Shown here: one piece after another, positions 55,161-64,000 of the stretch
Numbering within the stretch: the first letter of the stretch is position 1
Layout of the letters: every line of letters starts with the position of its first letter
Assembly (NCBI GenBank): GCA_951406725.2
Contig: OX597841.1
Coordinates: forward strand, 22,568,001 to 22,632,000
Direction of reading: 5' to 3'
Source of the DNA: Octopus vulgaris
Lineage: Eukaryota
Length of the DNA stretch: 64,000 nucleotides
Position numbers and translations under genes: made by a program
Notes under the pieces: generated by a model
What the model was told of the DNA's origin: nothing
Databases searched by the model: none
The model's input: the letters and a program-made list of their open reading frames with translations, nothing else

Positions 55161-57642
55161 TGTTCTTAAAATAAACTCCAACCACAGAAATGCTGAGAAT
55201 CCAATGCTTTATCATAATTTATCGAACCCTTGTTTCTTGATATAAGGTAAGGGACATAATTAGTAAGCGGGGCAAAATGAGTATTTTCCCGTTTCTCCTA
55301 ATTTGTTTGGATTTATGATTTTTGTGAGTATTGCTACGTTATATTTTAGGACTGGGGATGGCGGCGAGCTGGCAGAAGGGTTAACACCCCGGGCGAAATG
55401 CGTGGACATATTTCGTCTGCCGTTACGTTCTGAGTTCAAATTCCGCCGGGGTCGATAAATAAAGTACCAGTTACGCACTGGGGTCGATGTAATCGACTTA
55501 ATACCTATGTCTGTCCTTGTTTCTCCCCTCTGTGTTTAGCCCCTTGTGGGCAGTAAAAAAATAGATATTTCGTCTGCCGTTACGTTCTGAGTTCAAATTC
55601 CGCCGGGGTCGACTTTGCCTTTCATCCTTTCGGGGTCGATATAATCGACTTAATCCGTTTTTCTGGCCTTGTTTGTCCCCTCAGTGTCTAGCCCCTTGTG
55701 GTGAGTAAAGAAATATATATTTAGGACTGGGAATTTGTCCTTATAGTTGTTGGAGTTGCAGGTCCTTTTTATTATGAAGAAATTTTCCCTCAACTCTCAA
55801 TCCGATAATAATCGAGGTTACTAATAAATTATCTGGATGATGTTCGGTGTTTAACCATCAATATTCTTCTCTCTCTTAGATTCCAGATCAATTTTTACCC
55901 CCCGTTTAGTGTCTAATTTGGTAATTTTCAATTATCAAAAATCATGACTAAGATGGGGCAAAATGAGTAATGACTACTTTCAATAATCTCTTGTTAGTGG
56001 ATGGAAGCACTCCGTCGGTTACGACGATGAGCACTCCACAAACACGTGTACCCTTAACGTAGTTCTCGGGGACATTCAGCGTGACACAGAGTGACAAGGC
56101 CGGCCCTTTGAAATAAGGTACAACAGAAACAGGAAGTAAGAGTGAGAGAAAGTTGTGGTGAAAGAGTACAGCAGGGATCACCACCATCCCCTGCCGGGGC
56201 CTCGTGGAGCTTTTTGGTGTTTTCGCTCAATAAACACTCACAACGCCCGGTCTGGGAATCGAAACCGCAATCCTACGACCGCGAGTCCGCTGCCCTAACC
56301 ACGAAGAGATCTTGAAGAAACTGTTGATGATATTTTAGTTTGGTTTTTTTTCCCCCCATTTATTCGATATTCATTAATTTCACATCATTTGCAATTTTTC
56401 TCTGATTCTCTTTCATTTGAATTCGATACTTAAATAGCTTTTTGCATTTCTGATCTTTTAGATGTCGAAGGATAGATATTGATGTGTTTGAGTCTTTGTT
56501 TTCAAATGTAATTCTGGATAATTTGAAGAGACAATTTCACCTTTTCTTGCCTCTGCCAAATTTCTCTTTCTACACACTCAAAGAGAACAATGATAATTTC
56601 CTGAAATACTGATTCTGTTATAATGTTTTCAATGCATTCAGGGAAGGCCATTTGTGTAGCTGATAAACTTTTTGTAATCATTCGTGGAATCTCCTCATGG
56701 GGCAAAATGAGTAATGACTATTTCCAGTAATTTTTTCCCTTTATGGAGTTAAAGAGAAGAAATTGTGAGCTGTTAGGTAACTAGTCACAGACATACATTT
56801 TCTACAATATCCTCTGGCCTTGTGAATGGATTTGGGAGATGGAAACTGAAGGAAGCCCAATATATATGTGGGTGTGTTGTCCTCCCACCCCTTCAACACT
56901 TGACAAACAGTGTTGGTGTGTTTATGTCCCCATAAACCTGTGGTTTGGCAAAAGTGGCTGATAGAATAAGTGCTAAGCTCAAAAAAATAAGTCCTAGCAT
57001 TGATTCTATTGACTGAAGCCTTTAAAGTTGGTGCTCCAGCATGACCACAGTCAAAACAACTGAAACCAGTAAAAAAGTGTGTGTGTGTGTGTATTTATGA
57101 ATGTGGAGCTGGAGTTTAGAAATATGTTAGCTTCAAACAGGATTTTGTGATGTAAATACTAATAAATTAAAAAGTTCTGTTGTTCAGTTAAATGTTTACT
57201 TCTAGAGTTTATCTTTATGGAAATGTTGAATCTGTATTTTTTTAAGTAGCCTCTATATCTTACACTGTTGTTTCTTTATTATTTCAGAATATCAGATGAC
57301 ATTGGCATAACTGAAGATACATTCTCATTATTTATCAGCTTTTTAAAGACCAAAATGAAAATATTGTACAGAACAGATATATAAGATTGTTTCTATAAAT
57401 CTATGGTGGAATTCCTCTGATATATTTACTCTGAAATGTGTTATTAGCAAACCTTCTGGACATCACTGGCTGGAGTCTCTACAAGATGTGTCTTTTTGCA
57501 GATTGAACGTGGATAAATTTAGTTGTTTTGTGACAAAGGAACAGTGGCCAGAAATACAACAGTTGAAATATTTGTAAACAAAAGACTATAGAAGCAAAAA
57601 GAATAAAAAAAGAAGGTATATTGTGAAGTTGAAGGAAAAATA

Positions 57643-58479
57643 ATGGAAAAGAGTGAGAAAGTGAAGGAACAGATTTTTCCAGAAGATAGCAAAAAAGAAA
57701 GACAAAAATTGTCACATGACTGTGATGTGTGTAAAAAGTCTTTCTCAAGTAAATGTAACTTAAATAGGCACAAACGTATTCATACAGGAGAGAAGCCATT
57801 TCACTGTGAAATCTGTGGTAAATCATTCTCTGACCGAAATCATTTAAATTCTCACATACGTGTTCATACTGGAGAGAAGCCATTTCACTGTGAAATCTGT
57901 GGTAAATCATTCTCTCAAAGAAGTGCTTTAACTAAACACAAACTTCTTCATACAGGAGAGACATCATATTCCTGTAATATCTGTGGTAAATCATTTTCTG
58001 GTAAAAGTGCTCTAACTTATCATAAACGTCTTCATACAGGAGAGAAGCCATTTCAGTGTGATATTTGTGGTAAATCATTCTCTCAAAGAAGTGCTTTAAC
58101 TAATCACAAACCTATTCATACAGGAAAGAAGCCATATTCCTGTAATATCTGTGGTAAATTATTTCCTGGTAAAAGTGCTCTAACTTATCATAAACGTATT
58201 CATACAGGAGAGTCACACTATCATTGTGATATCTGTGGTAAATCATTCACCGTGAGTTCTAACTTAACTGGACACAGACGTATTCATACAGGAGAGACAC
58301 CATATTCTTGTGATGTCTGTAATAAATCTTTCTCTACCAGTAGTAACCTAATGACCCATAAACGTATCCATACAGGAGAGAAGCTATATCCTTGTGATAT
58401 CTGTGGTAGGTCATTCACTCAACATAGCAGCTTAACTTCTCACAAATGTGTTCATAAGGGGAAGAAGCAATCCCACTAA
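57643..58479 (+). CDS. C2H2 zinc-finger protein, 9 fingers, 278 aa
   Basis: Intact ORF. Fingers 2-4 differ from the 334-aa paralogs, and their fingers 8-9 are missing. Confidence 0.92.
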   Translation: MEKSEKVKEQIFPEDSKKERQKLSHDCDVCKKSFSSKCNLNRHKRIHTGEKPFHCEICGKSFSDRNHLNSHIRVHTGEKPFHCEICGKSFSQRSALTKHKLLHTGETSYSCNICGKSFSGKSALTYHKRLHTGEKPFQCDICGKSFSQRSALTNHKPIHTGKKPYSCNICGKLFPGKSALTYHKRIHTGESHYHCDICGKSFTVSSNLTGHRRIHTGETPYSCDVCNKSFSTSSNLMTHKRIHTGEKLYPCDICGRSFTQHSSLTSHKCVHKGKKQSH

Positions 58480-58792
58480 TATTTGCGCTAAATCATAATC
58501 TGTAAGGGGTTACTGAAACCCTTTACCTTGCAGGTTATTCTGTCGAATGTGATGTTTATTTATTCACATTATTTTCAATTTGCCATCCAAAGGTTTAGTA
58601 AAATTCTATCAATTAGAAAAAAGATATTTAATTTTAATTCTCAAATTTTTATCAATTTTTGCGTGATATTAAATGGACACTACTCATATATGAACTTAGG
58701 CGCACACACACAGACACAAGAGACAAAAGACAATACAAAGAGTTTTCAAATTGAGTTAACAGGAGTAGTTGTGTGGTAAGTAGCTTGGTTAC

Positions 58793-60780
58793 CTTTGTCG
58801 GAGACGGACGTGTTTGTTTTTGGCGGAGAGTTCTTGGTGCTTGATGTCACATCTTTCGTTGTGAAATATTGAACTTTGAGGCTCCACTACAGGTAGGCGT
58901 TTGTCGTATTTTTTGAGGGCTTAGTGAAGTTTGTTGCCCTGTATTTAATATTTTTTGGTGAGTAATAGACTCCAGTCTGCTCCAGACATTTTACTGCCTG
59001 TAGCCGCCTTTACAGACTCACTTTGCAGTGAGAATTGTGTTTTCGAGGAGGCGTAGCCCCTCCGCAAAAATTAATGTGTTTTGAAATTATTTTTGTGTTT
59101 TCCACCGGATTTACCACGGAGCACCACGGAGTACCATGGATTCTTTTTGCAAGGTGTTTTACCAGCTGGACATTTGGCCTGGAGTACCTTTTTTGGCCGA
59201 AAAAAGAGAAAAGAGAAAAAAGAAAAAATTTAATTCCTTTGTCTGGATTTGAACTCTCTTCTTCGAGCTCTCATTTATTTTTAGAAAAAAATTTAATTCC
59301 TTTGTCTGGATTTGAACACCTTTTTGTGTCTATTTTTATTTCTTTATACTTCGAACTGTTATTGAACTTTGTGTTACCATGGCAAAGGAATTTACGGTGT
59401 GGGAATTGACACCTCCCAAAAAGTACTTAAAAGAGCTGGAGGAGGAGGCTGTGGTGTTGAGGACTTACTCGAAGTCGCTCCACACCACAGCCGTCTTCCC
59501 GAAGGCCACCATACTGAACGAGCTGGCGGATTACATGCCAGCCGTTAAATTTATCGCACGGGGAGTGAAATACGCAACGGTCTGGTTGCTGTTTGACTCC
59601 CCAAAAGAAGCTTGCGATTTTGCAAGCCAGCCCCTTGAGGGCAAAGAAGTGTTGTTTCTCCCAAATAACAAGGGAGAAAAATTATTGAGAGCCTGGATCT
59701 GCGGCTTACCACCCGGCGTTGAACCCGAGTGGATAGAGGATTCTATCCGCCGGGGTCTGGATGGTAGCAGTTCCAAGCTGCTGAATGTAAAAGTGTTGCC
59801 TGCGGCTGATTGGGAGGGGGCAAAAGCTGTGTTGACCCTGTGGACCCAATCAGTCAAAAGTCTGGTTTTCCCAGATTTCTTGAGGATGGCCGTGTCCAGG
59901 TATCCGGTGATGCTTGAGGGACGCCCCCCCCCCAGGTGTCACCTGTGCCTGGAGACCGGCCACATTACGAAGAACTGCCCCAAGGACCAAAGTAGGATCC
60001 TGGAGCAGTTGATGTTGGAGCCTCTTCCTGTCCCCTCAAAGGCGGGAGAGAAACAGAACGAGGAAGCAGTAACTTCCTCAACGAGAAAAAGAAAAGTGGG
60101 AAACAATGGTGACCCACCAAAAGACCCGGAAGCTGCGGGAGAAAAGGAGGATCCATTGTGTGCAACACCGGAACCTAAACCTCCCGCGGCCCAAGGAAAA
60201 AAGAAAAGAAACGGGACGCTGCCGTGCGGATTTTGACACACAGACGGCCTCTCCCGAGCCTCCTCAGGTAGATGAACCGTCGGAGGTCAATTATGTGGTC
60301 CTCTTCCACAAGGGAGGGACCATGGAGAACAAGATAAGGAAAATGAAATGGAGAGGCCAATGGAAGGGTCTCCGGTCCTGCACAGAGGACCCTAAGTGGC
60401 CTTCGCAGGTAGCTGCGGAGCTCCTATTGGAAAATGATCTGTGCAGGATCGCGAATACCTTTACATTTCTACTTGTGCGGCCTGGCCTGGAAGCGGGTGA
60501 GTGCTTCAAGGAAGCAAGAGCGCTGGTCGGCCGGGTAACTGAAACCTGTGGATGCTGTGCATCATATTGAAAAAGAGGTTCATTGCCTCTTGTGACATTT
60601 GTAAACTTTTGAACATTTTTGAACTTATTGAAAAAAAGGACATTGTCTTAGAGAAGCAGGGGTCGGCGGGCGCTTTCGTCTTCTCCCATCACCATCATTC
60701 ATTAATGTCTATGTCCAGCCCGCGAAGCTACTCTCTGTGTACTGCCCTTGTGGCAAATAAAATAAAAATAAAATAAAATT
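58793..60780 (+). mobile_element. Full-length ~2 kb ORF1-only non-LTR retroelement (HAL1-like, L1/Tx1-type ORF1), subfamily A
   Basis: TSD gtagcttggttac at 58780-58792 and 60783-60795. ~590-nt 5' UTR, CCHC ORF, no RT or endonuclease, 3' hairpin, AATAAA and A-rich tail. Confidence 0.8.
59379..60236 (+). CDS. Retrotransposon ORF1/gag-like nucleic-acid-binding protein with CCHC zinc knuckle (probably continued by frameshifted ORF to 60570)
   Basis: CHLCLETGHITKNC knuckle preceded by an RRM-like region (RAWICGLPPGV..WI) and followed by a K/P/E-rich tail. Overlapping ORF at 60106-60570. Confidence 0.8.
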   Translation: MAKEFTVWELTPPKKYLKELEEEAVVLRTYSKSLHTTAVFPKATILNELADYMPAVKFIARGVKYATVWLLFDSPKEACDFASQPLEGKEVLFLPNNKGEKLLRAWICGLPPGVEPEWIEDSIRRGLDGSSSKLLNVKVLPAADWEGAKAVLTLWTQSVKSLVFPDFLRMAVSRYPVMLEGRPPPRCHLCLETGHITKNCPKDQSRILEQLMLEPLPVPSKAGEKQNEEAVTSSTRKRKVGNNGDPPKDPEAAGEKEDPLCATPEPKPPAAQGKKKRNGTLPCGF

Positions 60781-60795
60781 ATGTAGCTTGGTTAC

Positions 60796-61760
60796 CTTTG
60801 TCGGAGACGGACGTGTTTGTTTTTGGCGGAGAGTTCTTGCTGCTTGATGTCACGTCTTTCGTCGTGAAATATTGAACTTTGAGGCTCGACTACAGGTAGG
60901 CGTTTGTCGTATTTTTTGAGGGCTTAGTGGAGTTTGTTGCCCTGTATTTAATATTTTTTGGTGAGTAATAGACTCCACTCTGCTCCAGACATTTGCCTGC
61001 CTGTGGCCGCCTTTACAGACTCACTTTGCAGTGAGAATTGTGTTTTCGAGGAGGCGTAGCCCCTCCGCAAAAATTATCTTCGTGTCTGAGGATTACCAAG
61101 GCAGGAAGGACTGTTTTTGCAAGGTGGACGTGAGTGTTTTGGCTCTGGCCAATTACAAGAAAAAAGAACAAAAACAGAGAAGGTTGTCGAGGCCAGTGAT
61201 TTTGTTTTATCTGAGCTGGGTGTAATTTGTTATATTGTTCTTTTTTGTTAACAAATTTCGCCTGCTCTCGGCGGCTGCTGTTTTGTGAATTTAGTGTGAA
61301 TATTTTGGATTCATTAAAAAAAAAAAACAGTGGAGGGACGTATCCTCGCCTGAATGATTAGAACCTGTTGCAGTTACCGTTGGCTGTAGCCAGTATTGTG
61401 TTTGGATTTCTTTTACCAATTACGGGTAAAGACGATTCATACCAAGGAACCTATGTACATTTGGCCAGGAGTACCTTTTCGGCCGAAAATTAATTTATTT
61501 CTTTGCCTGGATTTGAACTCTCTTCTTCAAAGCTTTCGTTTATTTAAAAGAATAAAAGAACTCGTTTTTGAACTGTTATTTTTTATTTTATTTCTTCCCT
61601 TCTTTTTTTGTGTCTTATTTTATTTTCTTACATTTTGAACTGTAATTGAACTTTGTATTGAAATGGCAAAGGAATTTCTTGTGTGGGACTTGACAGCTCC
61701 CAAAAAATGGTTAAAAGAGCTTCAAAGGAAGACGGTGGTGTTGAGGACTTACTCAAAGTC
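60796..61760 (+). mobile_element. 3'-deleted ORF1-type retroelement (subfamily B), directly downstream of element A
   Basis: Paralog of 15532-16482, joined to the S1 tail at aagtc|aatgactgaaac. Confidence 0.8.
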
Positions 61761-63388
61761 AATGACTGAAACAAGTAAAAGAGTAAAGAGTATATAATTG
61801 CCATTAGTGTTTTGATAAATAAAACAGAAGCCTGTGTATGAAACTGGTCTTTTTCCTACTTCAGTTATTTCATTTTTCTCTTATAAAATACACACATACA
61901 GGAGGGGTAAACTATACATATAATAATACTTTGAATGTGGCTCTCAAGAAAGAATAAAAACAATTACCCAATTAATGACAGGTATTACTACGAGTTGTAT
62001 ATATACATATACACACACAAAGGAACCATCCAAACGTGGCCGCTGCCAGCGCAGCCCGACTGTCCTTCGTGCAGGTTGCACGTAAAAAGCACCATCCGAT
62101 CATGGCTGTTGCCAGCCTCGCCTGGCCCCCGTGCGGTGGCACACAAAAAGCAACCCCTGCAGTCACGGAGTGGTTGGCATTAGGAAGGGCATCCAGCCGT
62201 AGAAACTTTGTCAGATCAGACTGGGCCTGGTGCAGCCTTCTGGCTTCCCAGACCCCAGTTGAACCATCACAAATTTTAATGAACTCTATCTGGAACAGTG
62301 GAAGTTGTATCACAGTTGAAATTCTGTAGCATTGGTTATGAGTTCTGCTGGCGAGTCAACTGTGGCTGGTCTAGTTTGTGTGCCTGGAGTTACCTTTATA
62401 TAAAAGAATGACAAGAAGAACCAGGTAAATTCAATGCAACTATTATTTATTACAACCCCTTATAAACATACATGGCAAATGTCTTACATATTGTGAAGTA
62501 ACAGGTTTTGCAAGTTTTAACGAACTCTATCTGGAACAGTGGGAGTTGTATCATAGTTGAAATTCTGTAGCATCTTCCTGGTTTGGTTCTGTGTGCTGGG
62601 CAGCATCTGTTGTTGTGATCTGTCCGTTGCTGTAGAGGAAGTACAAGTTTACCAGGCCAGAGAGAGAGAGAGATCAGGAATGAAGACAGAAACGGGTGTG
62701 CCGCTACAAAGGAGATACATGGTTACCCAGCCCGAGGGAAATGCAGGAGAAGGAGATAGAGGGTGGGAGACAACACGATGGAGATAGTGGCAAAATGATG
62801 GGCGTATTCACTAGGGAGGGGATTAGAGCATAGATGAGGATGGTTGAGTAAGGGAAGAAAGAGATATAGATGGTGGCAAGGGCCAGGGCATACCCTTGAG
62901 GTTTAAACGTCATAATATAAGGGACAGGATACTGCCAAGTTGGCGAGCTGGCAGAAACGTTAGGCTCTGAGTTCAAATTCCGCCGAGGTCGACTTTGCTT
63001 TTCATCCTTTCGGGGTCGATTAAATAAGTACCAGTTACGCACTGGGGTCGATGTAATTGACTTAATCCCTTTGTCTGTCCTTGTTTGTCTCCTCTCTGTG
63101 TGTAGCCCCTTGTGGGTAATAAAGGAATAGGATACTGCAAAGGAAGCATGATTAGAGTGTAGGGAGCGTTGAGTGATGACAAGCTGGGTATTATATAGGG
63201 TCAGGGGGCTACCGGATAGCAATGATACAGAGGAACAGCACCATGAGGACAGGATTGGGGGAGTGAGAGGTAGGCATAGTGTATGGAAGGAATGTGAAGA
63301 AGAGATGTAGATTCGTTTGTTGGGGGTAGGGTGTGTAAAAAGTTTTCTTGTTACATGTGGGTGGAAGACATAGGTTGAGGGAGATGTA

Positions 63389-63601
63389 CTCTACTCTTTT
63401 ACTCGTTTCAGTCATTTGACTATGGCCATCCTGGAGCGCCGCCTTTTTGTCGAGCAAATCGACCCCGGGACTTATTCTTTGTAAGCCCAGTACTTATTCT
63501 ATCAGTCTCTTTTGCCGAACTGCTAAGTAACGGGGATGTAAACACACCAGCATCGGTTGTCAAGCAATGCTAGGGGGACAAACACAGACACACAAACACA
63601 T

Positions 63602-63634
<33 letters not shown>

Positions 63635-63805
63635 CACATATACGACAGGCTTCTTTCAGTTACCATCAACCAAATCCACTCACAAGGCATTGGTCGGCCT
63701 GGGGCTATAGCAGAAGACACTTGCCCCAGATGCCATGCAGTGGGACTGAACCTGGAACCATGTGGTTGGTTAGCAAGCTACTTACCACACAGCCACTCCT
63801 GCGCC
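63389..63805 (-). mobile_element. Full-length SINE S1, marks the right end of the segmental array
   Basis: Minus-strand head ggcgcaggagtggctgtgtggtaagtagcttgc, complete body and tail. Confidence 0.88.
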
Positions 63806-64000
63806 TATGTGTGACTATCAACGTGACAATTCATGAGAAGAATAACCATTTTAAATTCCTAAATTGGTGGTAGTGCTGCAGGCAAAAACCAGGCTGTTCA
63901 TCAGGGAATTGCTGGATTTGTCAAAGTTCATTCTATGCCAGAATAGAAAAGGAAAAAAGGTGACACACTGTCTAACTATAAATGTATTCACACAGGAGAT

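Overview
Eukaryotic, AT-rich, repeat-dense DNA, most likely an octopus (coleoid cephalopod) genome; this is inferred from the SINE families and the KRAB-less C2H2 arrays each encoded in one uninterrupted ORF. Most of the window (~5.2-63.4 kb) is a tandem array of four ~12-15 kb units. Each unit holds a head-to-head pair of C2H2 zinc-finger genes that arose by inverted duplication. The pair shares a palindromic putative bidirectional promoter with two NRF1-like TGCGCATGCG sites, separated by a variable-copy 256-bp repeat. The plus-strand genes are intact (11, 11, 11 and 9 fingers). The minus-strand genes vary in finger number (19, ~23, 19, 17), and three of the four are frameshifted, mostly at homopolymers or simple repeats. 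The most unusual mobile-element features are: (i) a ~2 kb ORF1-only (HAL1-like, L1/Tx1-type CCHC) retroelement with a TSD, inserted at the same position of a tRNA-SINE head as an older relative, suggesting target specificity; (ii) a shared 3' stem-loop (loop CTTGT, covarying stem) in three unrelated retroposon families; (iii) canonical minimal type I hammerhead ribozymes inside Penelope-like inverted-repeat inserts; and (iv) a 52-bp minisatellite amplified from a SINE subunit. A small Helitron, RTE fragments and several SINEs are also present. Family names come from recognition of motifs, not from database searches, and repeat boundaries are approximate.
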